A stretch of 54,337 bases of DNA from Hydrolagus affinis (GCA_012026655.1 JAAILG010000270.1:62001-116337), one strand, 5' to 3'. Counted from the first letter of the stretch, positions 1 through 12,500 are shown. Notes: generated by a model from the sequence alone, not told the origin. A program made the numbers and translations.

Positions 1-925
1 AGTCGTATGAATAATTTAAAGGACACGAAATTCCAATAAATACAAAGTTATTTGCTGCAAAATTAAATGCTTATTGGTCTGTTTCTGCAGATGACCTGGT
101 TTGAGGCAATGAACAATTAAATCCATGTGTTGCATTAAATCCATAGAATTATGATTAAAATATAAGCCTTATTTACAAGCCCATAACCCCCTTTCAGCCA
201 AAATAATTTAAACATTATGCAGCTGTTTGTTAATCTGTAATAATTCTGCATCAAAAGTAACACCAAGAAAGTAAAGTGAAATAGTGTCCAGATATTTCAC
301 AAGAATTAATTTTCAGTCTGATCATTAACTACGTATTATTTTGCAATGGAAAATGTAACTAAATATAATGATGAGAATTAAAGAAAAGAATTAAATATGT
401 GCTTTCTTCCTTTTGGTTTTTTTAAACTGAAGCCTTTGGGCAAGTACAGACATTTGCATTGGTACATCATCACGTTTCTCCATAGAGACGTAAAGCAGAG
501 ATATAATCGTGCACACACTAATTACATTAGCATTGTGCCCTCTTTAATACAGAACTACTAACCGATACTTAGCTTGTAAAATTACAAATGTGTCCAGAAA
601 CCTGACGTTTTCGTTTTTTTTAAAACTGGAACTTGTTTTACTTTGAATATACAGGAGAATTACCAAAGTGATCATCAACAATGTCATCATTTCAGAAGCT
701 AACTGGCGCTCTACTGCATGCAACTAACCAGTGTTTATTTACAGGTTTGACAGACATTTTGTTTATATTCATTTCTTAAAAAGCTTTCAATTTGATGTGT
801 AAATAAAGAAAAACAGAGTTCTTCTTGGAAAAACACAACCAAACAAACAATTCTCGCCATTTTCTGTTTCATAACATTTTGTAACATTTACAATAAGATT
901 ATATGTGAATCCTGAAGAATTTTCT

Positions 926-1058
926 GTTCAATCACGCCTTTGGTCACCTTTTCCCCCTCCCCCTGGCTCAGCCCCGGGCTCCGCTTTGTGAAGCGCTCTG
1001 AGACGCTGTCTGGCGTGGAGGGCGCTATATAAATCCAAGTTATTATTGTTGTTGTTGT
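926..1058 (+). mobile_element. L2 LINE 3' end (tail family A)
   Basis: TGTGAAGCGCTCTGAGACGC...GGCGTGGAGGGCGCTATATAAATCCAAG followed by (GTT)n; same tail as the longer copy ending at 25560. Confidence 0.85.
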
Positions 1059-2424
1059 GATGGTACAATTATTAATTGAACGTTAAACATTTATGATGCA
1101 ATAGTAAGATGGGAATTGTTTCTATAATATTTGAGGAAAATTATTAAATCAGATATGGTCTCGGTCCTAAATAAATTAAGTATAATTGATGAATTGATTA
1201 GCGACTAAGTGAATGATTGATTTTCGTTTAGCCAGTATTTCTACATTTAAAATTACAATATTTTGGTTTGTGCCGATATAACTGTTTTGAATGAAAAGTG
1301 CCAACAACATGCATTTAATCAAGGTTATACACTGTATTTGTGGCATTCACTGAAGATGGATCAAGAGCATGTCAATCAAGAGCTAAACAGCTATACATTT
1401 TGCAACAGAATGAACATTTAGAATGCGACAGTAGTTAGCCCTTTATATCCAGCAGCTTTTGCTTTGGGTTTGCAAACTGTTTTAACAGCCATCAGCCAAG
1501 AAATGTATGTGTCATCTCCAAATCCCAAATCATAGAGTTTGATTCAAGTGATTGCACAGTGAAGTGCTGAAGGGTTCCGAGTAGCCAGAACAAGACTTAA
1601 AAGTGATGTGAAATACAGAGCAAAAGGAGCTGCTATTGGCTTCAAGCCTAAAATAGACTGAGCTTCAATGCCAAAGAAAAAAATTCACCAGGTTCTCCAT
1701 CATTTCTTTAAAGGTCAGAATTGTTGTAGGTGAATTGGAAGAGCAGTGGATTGCAGATGCGTTTAACAGCAGGGTATTTTCCGCTGCCATGACCAGTTAA
1801 GGAAAAAATTCTAAAACACATCTGCTGGTAAACAGTTTGGCCCTACTGTGGGTCACATGCCTTTGCTATGCTCAGTGCGGCGTGAACTCTTACCTGGACG
1901 AAACTAGGAGCCAGCCTCAAACCAGTCAAACTTACTCCTTCAGCAGTTGTGGGTTTTTAAAAAAAAAGTGTGGACTGATGGACTCCGGAGACCTCTTCAT
2001 TATCTGTCATTAAATGTTTTAAAGTTTGCATAATTGATCTGGCCAATAAGTCATCATTGATTTATAGAGGTCTCTGCTGAAGAGGTTCTCTTTAAAAATT
2101 CATAAAACTGCTATGTGTCTTTACAATCCATTAGCTGTTTACTGTACCCACGGTCCTGAGATTGATTGACCTTGGACTGAGATTCTCATGGACTCTGCTC
2201 TTGGTAACAAAGCTTCTATGTGGGAAGAGTTGTGTTCATCTTTTTCCCTCGACGGCTATACTTTGATTTTTTTTCATCAAGATTGAATCCTGCTTTGAAA
2301 CGATGAATAAATAAAGCATATTCCATAAACAGCTTTTCAGTCTTATTTAGGATTTTGAGCTTCATCCTGGCAATCTTTTTCCCTGCCATCAAATTCAAGT
2401 GTGTAAATGTTCTAAAAGGCTTTG

Positions 2425-2516
2425 AATGTTTTATGATGATTTCAGGGAATGATGGAGTAATAGCTGAAGAGCGAAGCTATTAGTTTTAATATTTATATTG
2501 AGTGCTCTGAAACATT
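2425..2516 (+). ncRNA. candidate box C/D snoRNA-like element
   Basis: C box ATGATGA 2433-2439, D box CTGA 2507-2510, terminal stem AATGTT/AACATT; no rRNA guide recognised. Confidence 0.25.
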
Positions 2517-2780
2517 AATGTGACAGTATGTAAGATCAGAGCAGTGGGACATATTTACTTCACAACCTTCGCCACGTGGTAAATGCATTTGTATGTTGTA
2601 GTCCTGACGCCAGATATTTATATGTGAGAGTTCGGCTCTGGCACCAATACATGCTTCAGACCCTCACTTTCTGCTGGCATTAGTTGAAGTAAAGACAGAA
2701 AAGGCAGCTCAAAAAGCAAACTACTCCAACCAACGCCCCCTGACCAACGGTGATGGTGCAAGGTTGTGATGGGCCATTAA

Positions 2781-3331
2781 TAGTGTCCGTCGATATTGAA
2801 TTTTTCCGGTATCGATATATCGGTGGGCGCATATCGATATATATCGATATATCAATATCACCAGTTTTTTTTTACTCATATTCCAAACCTTTACGTATGA
2901 ATGGCTTGGGAGGGTTGTGCGCAAGTCTGATTGTGTTTGCTGGTGGGGGGAAGGGAAGAAGGGGGATGCGCGCACATTCAGATATGCGTGCTCTACGCCC
3001 AGGAGGTTTGCAATGCCGGCGACAAGGTCTGTTGAAAGTCTGTTGAACTTTGTTGTTACTGTTTTTGTTGTTTGTTGTTGTTGATAGAGCCCTTTGGCGC
3101 TTTAAGAAAATTAAGCTTTGTGTCGTCAAGTACATTTGAACCTTTGGTTGTATATTTTCTGTATGCTGTATCGTCGCATTTGTTGATGATATACCGATAT
3201 TTTGTGGGTATACCGATTTTTTTCATACAAAATTTTTTGATATACCGATATATTCAAATTTCCAATATTGGGACATCGATATGAAAAATTATACTGATAT
3301 AACCGATATATTGATATATCACCGGACACTA
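2781..3331. mobile_element. non-autonomous hAT-superfamily DNA transposon (MITE-like), 551 bp
   Basis: TIRs TAGTGTCCGtcGATAT / ATATCacCGGACACTA (14/16); perfect 8-bp TSD GCCATTAA at 2773-2780 and 3332-3339; many subterminal CGATAT/ATATCG repeats; no transposase ORF. Confidence 0.92.
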
Positions 3332-3338
3332 GCCATTA

Positions 3339-3394
3339 ATAATAATAATAATCCTTACATTTGATATAGTGCCTTATCACGTCATTGAGACGTC
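3339..3394 (-). mobile_element. SINE 3' tail remnant
   Basis: (AAT)n-CCTTACATTTGATATAGTGCCTTATCACGTC...GAGACGTC is the reverse complement of the SINE tail. Confidence 0.8.
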
Positions 3395-4017
3395 ATTAGT
3401 GGCACTGCAATGATGGCTGGGTGATGGAGTTCTCCATGGTGACATATTTATCAGCCTCCACCCCCATCATGCCCCACAATGTGCAATTTCTCTGGGATAG
3501 AGTCTGGGAGTGACGGAGGGAGGGGGGGTGCCAGGGGGGGTTAGTGGTACTGTTTCAAATTGTAACCGTATTCTGCTAACGAGCAAGATTAGCCAAGTCA
3601 CAGGCAAGCCACTTGCTAAAGATCGTGTGGTGGCAGAGAGCTCTTCATCTCTAGCGGGGGTGAGAGGAGGGGAAAGAGGAAGGAAGAGACTGACAAGATT
3701 TATCTTGCCTCAGAGAAGTTGACATTCTGTCAGCTGATGATGGAGCAGCTTTGACAGTGGCCCTGCAGTGGTAAGCCTCAAACCATCCCACTGTTCCAGC
3801 TGAAGGAAGACACATGGCTCGGGTATAGGGCAAGGTGTTAAATTGTGAGGATGAACTGAGATGAAATTTAAAAAAAAAAATCCATTGGTTTTAAGTGATT
3901 TTGAATTATACCATCAGCACCTTTAACATTTCCCAAATTTTGACGGGATTTACTCTTTTTTAAAAAAAAAAACCACGAGTTTTGAATTGTTTTGTTTGTC
4001 TTACAGAATATCATAGG

Positions 4018-4067
4018 ACCTTTCGGAGCAAATCAATCAGATTTAGTTTGACAATGGGTCTTAACAA
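4018..4067 (+). repeat. copy 1 of a 50-bp dispersed duplicate (copy 2 at 7070-7118)
   Basis: ACCTTTCGGAGCAAATCAATCAGATTTAGTTTGACAATGGGTCTTAACAA; about 46/50 identical to copy 2. Confidence 0.85.
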
Positions 4068-5102
4068 GAATAAATCTGCATTCTAAAATATAAATCCACT
4101 ATATGCAAAAAAATTATACGCTTAGGAAGAAAGTGACGCGATCAAAGGTATTCTCACTCAAGCACTATTGTGGTTGCATTTGAATTTGTCTTTTTGCTTC
4201 ACACTACGTATCATTTTCGCTGTGTGTTTGATGCGATAGTCAAAAGATAGCCTTATATTTCCGGAACAGATGTTCTACATGAACTCATTTTGTTATTTGC
4301 TTGCTCAGATTCCTTGGTATGCATTTTATTAAGTTACTCACTTTTGCTGAGCATTCAAACCGATGTTAACATTGCCAAAACTGTGCATGAACAATGAGTA
4401 TTGAAAATGCTCGGGGTCTTGTTGTACATATGTGTGACTGATAATACAAGACACTCTTGCAAGTGCTGATGGAAACCAAGCGGGTGTTAACTAAAGCAGT
4501 GAAGACAATTACAGCTGTTCCACTAACCTCAGTTCTGCTCACCTCTAACCTTAGTGGTTCTCAGGGCTTTCAACAGTCAGAGCACTGGAAAAATTAGCAC
4601 ATGTCAAGTATGAAATATCCATGAAGCACGCCACAAAAACCAGCATCTGACGATTTATGCTCTCACTGAAATTCTTACAAATAAACAGCCTTTATTTTAG
4701 TTGATTTCTGAAAATAAGACAGCAAGCCCATTTACAGTCTGACATTTTTACTGTTCACACTTTACAAAAGCTTTTAGAACAAAATAATGACAAAACACAG
4801 CAAGGTCGATCCCCAAATAGCCTTAAAACAAATTATGCTCCTATTCTAAAGGTTACCTTTCCCGTGGCCCGTATAAACTGCTCAATTTTTGAGACCATTA
4901 ATATCAACAAAATTGAAACATTCAGTGGCGTCATACATCTTGGTTTTGCTCTGTTTCTCAAGGTGGTTTTAAACAGAAAAGAAAAACAGCATTAACAGGA
5001 TGGTTAGCAACTCGCCAACATGCAACGTGTAGCAAACTGGTATAACCCTGTAGTGTGATGGGACATATGGCATTTTACTACAGCTTTCCTCAATGCACTG
5101 AA

Positions 5103-5170
5103 AAGCTCAGTTGGTTGAGTGACTGACTTGTGATTGAGACCTGGTTCTTGGTTGGAATCCTGGTGCACTC
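5103..5170 (+). mobile_element. old tRNA-derived SINE head, degenerate
   Basis: A-box-like AGCTCAGTTGG and B-box-like GGTTGGAATCC at tRNA spacing. Confidence 0.45.
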
Positions 5171-5799
5171 AACCTCCATCCTTTTGCAGTCACTAAACTT
5201 TACACTAAGTCTTGTTAAAAAAAATTATATTGTCGGGTTGGGGGAGGGGATGTGCAGCAGAAAAGCAGAGCCTCTCAGGGTTGAATTGGCTCAGAGGAGT
5301 AATGTCATGTGATATCACTGGATGCAAATGGATAAAATGTTTTGAGCAAAGTACAGTACACTGTACTATCGTTCCTCAACTTGGAGTGGTTTATACTGTA
5401 TAAAAAATCTTTGACTGACCAGAAAATGTTTCAATGGCTTGGTTTGCTGGCTACATCTTCAGCTGCGAAATGCCCACACCAAATTTGTGTATGTCTTAGT
5501 GCATGAAACATAAAGATATCGTTGATATCCGAAAGGTTCATTCACATTGAATCCAATGCAACACTTATAGATAGCGTCAACATCTACTGAGTATTGGTAC
5601 ATGTTTGCATGAGCGGAAGGAATATGCATTTTGAAGGTGAGTTTCCCATCCTTTTAAGGCAACGGGGAGAATTCTGCTCACGTGTACAAAAGTGTAACCC
5701 AAACACTCATACACACAAGCAACAATTTTGAAGAGGAGGCAGCATAATTGAATCTAAAGTTAATAATACATGGAGAGAATAACTCCTAAACTTAGTTTT

Positions 5800-5860
5800 G
5801 TTTAAGCGCTCTAAGGCACTGTCCCGTGTGAAGGGCTCCATATAAATATAAGTTGTTGCT
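5800..5860 (+). mobile_element. L2 3' tail remnant
   Basis: AAGCGCTCTAAGGCAC...GAAGGGCTCCATATAAATATAAGTTGTTG. Confidence 0.7.
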
Positions 5861-7069
5861 GTATCATTCTTCTTGACAGCCAACAACCGATAGTTATGAT
5901 GCGAATCTGCTCACCACATCTGCTCACCCTCACAGGAACCTCAGACCCAGCAGAAACACATGTTAAATTCTAGTGCCAGTGCAAATTGTGGTGATGTACA
6001 AACAGCAGGGAGGTTGAATCTATAAAACATTAAATTTGAGCCAATCTCTGTAACACATTGATGCTGACAGAGATTCTAAAAACCTTGAACTGGAATTTTG
6101 AGGAGTTTTCAGGACTAGGCAGTAATGTCTATCATGGAATGAAAACTGGGAGCTGTAAGATAACAGATAAAATAAGAGAATAAAATGGCAGGTTGGTATT
6201 TATGCCAATTAAAAACAAGTTAACCACCTTTTCTCAGACTCAATTAACTTCTTACTTCTTGTACTTAGAATCAGAGGAAAGAAAATTATCTGGTAGTTCT
6301 ATTTTTTCTGATCTTACATATGTGAACCCCAAGTTATTGTCAGATGAGAAATGTTAACCACTGCCAGATTTCTCCCTGGTTGCATGAAATCTCAAAATGA
6401 ACTGCTATTCATTTGAGTTATTCAAACCACTCATCCCATCTTTATCAAGAAGTACAAAAGGGAACGTCCCTTTGCCTGGTTAATTACATAATCAAAACTT
6501 GGCATTTGATTAAACAAATATGGGAATACTACAGTGAAATATGCCCAAAAGTTTTAATTGTTACAATGATGTCTGGAGGGGGAGAGGGACAAGAAATCAC
6601 AAGATTGGCCTGGTAACATCCTCATCCATGTGCAGAGAAAACAAATGAGAAGTTCAATCAGTTATTAACTGTAGAAACGTTGATGATACATACAGTGCAC
6701 AATGTACACAAGCATTGGAAAGTCAAATGTTCTGTACTTGGAGGCAACAAATAATTTACCTTTGATATTAATAAGTAAAAATCCTAAAATGGGTAGAGGG
6801 AGTAGACATTGAAGGTTTGTCTGTGTCTAATTAACTTTGAGTTTGCTTCATAGAGTGAACTAGAAAATAATGTTCTGATTGGTGTCCCAACTGTAGGTCA
6901 TTTCTTGATTCATTTGGGCATTTTCCCAATCCTGTAAGTGCTGAGGAGATTTGGGTAACATACATGTGTCTAGAGAGAGTAGACAATGCAGAGCTCTGTA
7001 ACTGTCAGCACAGTTGTATATTGGTATGCATTTATAAAAGATTGCTTTTTTAAAAAAAAGTGCCATTTA

Positions 7070-7118
7070 ACCTTTCAGAGCAAATCAATCAGTTATAGTT
7101 TGACAATGGGTTTAACAA
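7070..7118 (+). repeat. copy 2 of the 50-bp dispersed duplicate
   Basis: ACCTTTCAGAGCAAATCAATCAGTTATAGTTTGACAATGGGTTTAACAA. Confidence 0.85.
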
Positions 7119-7149
7119 TGTAGCTCAAACAATCAAATAGTTTAGGTAC

Positions 7150-7700
7150 ATGACTGCAGGTCCTTAATGTAGAGCTCACTGAGAGAGGCTGAGTGCTTTT
7201 TCTTCTCTCTCCTTTCTTTGAATGCGGTGACTGACACTTAGGGCATCAGTGTACTTGGGAAGATGAAACAGCCTCTCCTACTGTCCTAATCAACTCAGCA
7301 CAAGTTTCCTGCTACAGCTTCCTGCCTCTGGGAGCTGCTGTCAAGCCTGAGTCAGCGCCTTCCTCAACGAAGATTGTAAATAAGTTACGAGACATTTGCC
7401 TTTGTCACCTGCTTATGCACCACAGATTAGTATGTAAATTAGGCTGCACAGGAACAGGCTGGAGCAGTGGTGCTAATACTCTAAATGATCCTTCAAAACA
7501 GTAATTAGAAGTTTTTCATCACACTAATTTGACATGGCAAATTAGTGAAGCTGTGTTAAGGGGACTGGAGCCAGGGCTTATGTGTGCAAGCACAGAGTCT
7601 TGCCAGAAAGTCCAGCTTCACAAGGGAGTATGGTAGCAGTGCACAGAAGCGACAATTAGCAAAATCAGCAGAAAATATTATCAGTTTGGGCTTTTAGACC
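7150..7700. promoter_or_regulatory. putative enhancer / CNE-like block
   Basis: Repeat-free; AP-1 TGAGTCA, FOX TGTAAATA, ETS TTCC, MEIS TGTCA, and a homeodomain palindrome at 7522-7547; conservation not tested. Confidence 0.35.
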
Positions 7701-8027
7701 CTATTAAGTTGGGACCGTAGCTTGTTATTTCAGTAATTTTACCTGGTGTTTTATATAACAACATTTCTGCTTGGTTACTTTTTCTAAGTCTTTTCATAAT
7801 TCCATTTAAAATGCCATTCAGCGATCTTAGTGATCCAACCTGCCTCACTGTGCTCATTTCTCATCCATGATTTGCAAGGCTCTGCCATAATCCACGAACA
7901 GTTATGACAGCTATTGGCTGCATTCATGTCTCACTGTATATTTTACTCATGCACCTGGCAAAATCAAATTTATTAGATTGGGTTCTCCAAATCCATATCA
8001 AAATAACACAGACTCCAAACAGGGATG

Positions 8028-8100
8028 AGGTGTCAGCCTGGCTCAGTTGGTAGCAATCTCACCTCTCAGTCAGAAGGCTGTGGTTTCAAGTTCACGTCTG
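8028..8100 (+). mobile_element. DeuSINE (SacSINE1-like) tRNA head, degenerate
   Basis: GGTGTCAGCCTGGCTCAGTTGGTAGCAATCTCACCTCTCAGTCAGAAGGCTGTGGTTTCAAGT resembles the recalled shark SacSINE1 5' end; A and B boxes present. Confidence 0.7.
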
Positions 8101-8174
8101 GATGTTGACGGTGCACAATGATTCATGCTACACAATATTGGGTAATGCATTCTGAAGTTAAGTAGCTCAATCTA

Positions 8175-8231
8175 AACAAGAACAACATTTATATAGCGCT
8201 CTTCATGCAGGATAGCATCTTGTAGCGCTCA
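8175..8231 (-). mobile_element. L2 3' tail remnant
   Basis: AACAAC-ATTTATATAGCGCTCTTCATGC...AGCGCT. Confidence 0.7.
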
Positions 8232-8278
8232 AGCCTAAACCAACTACAGTTAGTTGGAGCCTAAATCAACTACAGTTA
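8232..8278. repeat. 21-bp near-tandem duplication
   Basis: AGCCTAAA(C/T)CAACTACAGTTA twice, abutting the L2 tail. Confidence 0.85.
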
Positions 8279-9403
8279 CACTGCATCCAAGCCCTCATGG
8301 TACTGAAGCCATCAGATTTTACTTTTTCTGCTTTGAGACAGATCAAGAGTAGATGTAGATGATTGTACTGCATTTCTAAATCCCACTTATGGACAAACAA
8401 CACTATCCTGATACTAAATCTGTACTATCTATTCTGTATTACAGTATATTGAATTTGCTCTTTTACAAACAGACAGCATTATGGAAGTAAAATATTTCCT
8501 TTGACTTACGGGCAATGGATTGCTTCATGCATTTTGTACTATTTCAAAATGATTTCTCCGAATGCCAAAAAGGAATTAAACCTAGGTATTCTTAAGTGCA
8601 TTCACTTTGAATTAAGAGTTAGTTTTGAAGGCTATCTTGGCAATGCAGAGAGAGTACATAATGCAAATAAACTACAAATAGTTTGAGAAGTTGGAGAGGT
8701 TGAGGAGAGACAGAAGGAAGAACAATATGGATAGATAAGAATATCAAACTGAAACTGATTAGGAATGACTCTGCAGTTGTGGAGTTTAATGGTGAATATC
8801 AGAAATAAAAGCAATGTGAAACATTCTGTGATTGATGCCTATAATACTGCAATACCTTGGCTTTCTCAAAGTGTCCATGTGTTGGATCTATCTCCACGAG
8901 ATAGTGTATCAGGAAATTCCTTACTAGATGTATCACAATTTACTTCCACATGAGATCAAGTTTGCATGGTAGTGGTGGCAAGCCTCATCAGCAAGTCTCC
9001 TCAGGCTGAATGTCTCTTGAATATCAATTAGAGCTTCTCAGGTTTGAAGGAAATCTCAACATGTGACCCATTTGTTGGATTTTTGATGGACACATAATTT
9101 GATTTGTAATTCAAAATTCATAGTTGGATTTTTGTTTTGATTTTTTTGGTATAAATGATGCACCGATTTCCACGTTCTTAAACACAGTAGCCGTTTGTTG
9201 GGTGTGGTCACTGTCAAGTCTTCCTCAAGGTCTGCAAGTTCTGCCTTATCAGGTGTCCACAACATTTGCAAGATTTACGGGTAAAATAAATTCTGTTTAC
9301 CACCAGTAATCATTGGATGGAATCTTCCTACCTTATACACAAATGGCTCATGTTTCGAGATTTCAAATGCCAAAAATCACAGTCATCAAGATGTCTGTAC
9401 TAA

Positions 9404-9520
9404 GGGGAGCTGAATAGAACTCTTTCCTTTCACCGCTGGGAACCTGGCTCAAATCCTGCTCATTCTGATCAGATGAAAGCATTCAATGAACTGCTAAGGG
9501 TTCTAAATGGAATGCGTTAC
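9404..9520 (+). mobile_element. LF-SINE-like 5' fragment
   Basis: GGGGAGCTG...CCTTTCACCGCTGGGAACCTGGCTCAAATCC...GATGAAAG...TAAGGGTTCTAAATGGAATG resembles the recalled LF-SINE head. Confidence 0.55.
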
Positions 9521-12500
9521 AGCAATAATTTGACACTCATTGAACAACTTTTAGGAGAGCAGAACTGGAAGGAATAGATATAAAAATTAAGAACCCTCCA
9601 ACAGATCTGAAGATTAGAAGACATTTTCTCTTCAGCCTCCCCCCACCGCCCACAAGCCCCCATGTTCTCGGTATTTGAAACAGATTCCCCAACAAATAGA
9701 TATGATGGTTTATCAGTCAGTCTCTTTCCAAAAGAGTAGGATAACTAAATGCTTGACAGCGGTGTTGGAGGACACCGAGATATGCTGATCAAAACTACTG
9801 CTGGAGTTTAACCAGCTAAAAGCACATAGGTTGCTATTGAGAGCGCTGTTTGGTAAGCTTCCTACTGCTTGTCCAGCTGGGTCCACCCAACTAGAAAGGG
9901 CTTTGTCTTGCGGTGACAAAAAAAAGTGGGAAGAATCCCTGTTCCCAGTGATAAGTCTACCCCTCCAAGTACTGCTGATAAGCCAAGCTAATGAGTCAGT
10001 TAGCAACAGTGCTCTGGACTACTGTGGAACCTCAGGAAATGGACTACCAAGACCCCCCACAGAGGTTTGACTCGATTCAGATGTTCTGTTACCAGACATG
10101 TAATCTTGGAGCCAGCTCAGCTCCAAAGAGACACTGCTTCTGCCCCCTCCCCCTCTCCCCAGAGGACATCCCCCTTGGCGATGGCAATGAGCTAGAGGTT
10201 ATAAATCACGACAATGTTGTGTCACAAATGCGGGCATTCTGCATATCATTCGGCTAACTGGTACAAATGAATTTCTGCTCTATAGTTTACTCAGTAAACT
10301 ATCTCACTTGCCAACAAATTTGCAAAGATAAGCTCCAAAGATGTGTTTAAGAAAAATGCAGTCACAAATCGTTTGATTTAATCATCCCTTGAAGTTAAAA
10401 ATAAGCTTTAAATTGCCTGCATTCTTGCTCCTGGTTGTTAGAAAATGATTTGCCCTACAGTACTCCTTAATTTCGTCTATCGCCACTAATATACTATGGG
10501 CTGAAAATTTTAAGAAACTCATTTCCACACTCAAACCAGTGAACTAGTGAGGTCACTCACTAGGGATTTGGGGGCACAATCGGAGTGATCTCTGTTCTGC
10601 TCCATTATCACACACAAAAAAAAATTCTCTAGACCGCACTGTGTAGTTGAGAAATAAAATAAATATTACCATACGGTTATGCTTTTCATTTTCAATATAC
10701 ATGAATTTGAAACATTTGGAACATGATTTTTTATTTCATATGACCTGCAAACCTTTTGGTGAGTTCATTACTTACGCATTATGAGGTCGGTTTTGTTCAC
10801 GAAATAAACATCTTACTTGACACTTTATTACAGTATCCTTGGTTTACCTTCAAATTCTCCTTGTTATCCATCCTCTCAGTGTACTTCACCTACTATGAAA
10901 CATGCATCCGTTCCTGTAACTTGTTTAGAACCTGTAGAGTGGAGTCAATGTGCCCCTGGCTGTGGAACTACCAACCAGCAAAGGCAAACTAATTAGACGC
11001 AGACAAACACTTAGGCAATCTCACCTTCTGAATATAAGCCTCTTCCTTTCATTTGACAAGACTCTCAGCTGCCTCTGAGCGTGAGAAAACAAATCCCCTG
11101 CAAACAAGTTCTCCCCTCTCTCTGTTAGTGATATCTAACAGATCACAATGGCTGGAGGTGAAAGGTGGCAGTATTGTCAGGTAATCACATCATCTAGTAC
11201 AGTCTATATTAAAATAGTGGCACTTGTTTAGACTAGCCTATTTGCACCTACCTGCAGAGTGCCTTTTTTTAATGTAATTATTAGCCTCTGTGGCCCTGTC
11301 TTCGATATGAAAGTATCATTCATTTTCATCTAGCTTCATGTACTGCTGCTATCCTCCAATTCAAATGTAGTCACCTAATCTCCCCACGTCCAAGTGTGGA
11401 TGTGGAGGTGGGCAGAAAATAGCTGAATTAACAAGAATGAGCCTGTAAGTGAGCTAGGTGACAAATAAGGAACTGGCAATTTATTTTAATCCCTCACAGA
11501 TCAGGGAAATAATATGCAGGAATGAAGTGCTATTCAGCTGAAGAGAGGCGAAGGTACAATATGCCAGAGTTAATAGAACAGCTGTTCTAATATTATTACC
11601 AGCCATAGAAAAGAGCCAGGTCCTGATGGATTACATAGAACAGAGTCACACTCAATGATTATAAACAACATTTTTATGGAATGCGGATGATGATAAAAAG
11701 ATAAGGGTTCAATTTAGGTCCATTTTTGAAGTTGATTTTTATATCATTCTGTAATTCATTCTAAATGTAATTTGAAGCATTTTCATTTTAGTCACGAAGC
11801 AGGTATCTGTAATAATCTTTTGTGGTTATGAAAAAATACTCAATCCATACTTTTATATAACTTCATTATCCCGGAATGATATCAGTCATTAAATTCCTAT
11901 ATGTACACTTCGCTGAAAATTAACACTCAGAAACGAAAATGATGATGTGAGTCAGTTTCTGAGTTTATCTCTTCATAAAACACATCAATGGCAACATATT
12001 AATGCGATGCCTTGAGAGAGAAAATAAATCACATCAGTTTTCACATGCAAAGGAGTCAGGTGCCAAAACACTTTCCCAAATATTCAGTAATTTAAAGTTA
12101 ACAAACACACAGAGGTATATTGGCAAGGTCTGCAGTTCTTAACATTGACCTAATAATGGTAATTCTTCTGCTAATTGACGCAAGAAAGCTTTGAGCTAAT
12201 TAATATTGGCTCAGCATGGAAAGATATTCAGCATTACGGATACTTTAAAACGTTGATTCTATTTTTGTTGCAAATAATGTGAGCACAGGATTTCCAAGCA
12301 ATTTTGCCTCTGTTACATTTCCACATGCTGATTAGGTGCTCAACCAGGTGAGAAATTATAGTATTTATTGACCACATCAAGCACTTAAACCCAAGATCAG
12401 TAGAGCACCACCTGCTGTATTAAAGTGATATGCCCATTTCCCAAATGTCCTACCACTGTGTCCTTTCTGAGAAAGATTGGTAAATAAAGTGACAATTGTG

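Noticed and set aside
2216-2465. Extended minus-strand open frame (about 80 aa)
   Set aside because: No recognisable product and poor splice context
2721-3329. Five overlapping ORFs rich in Y/R/I/D
   Set aside because: Translations of the CGATAT repeats of the hAT element; no transposase motifs
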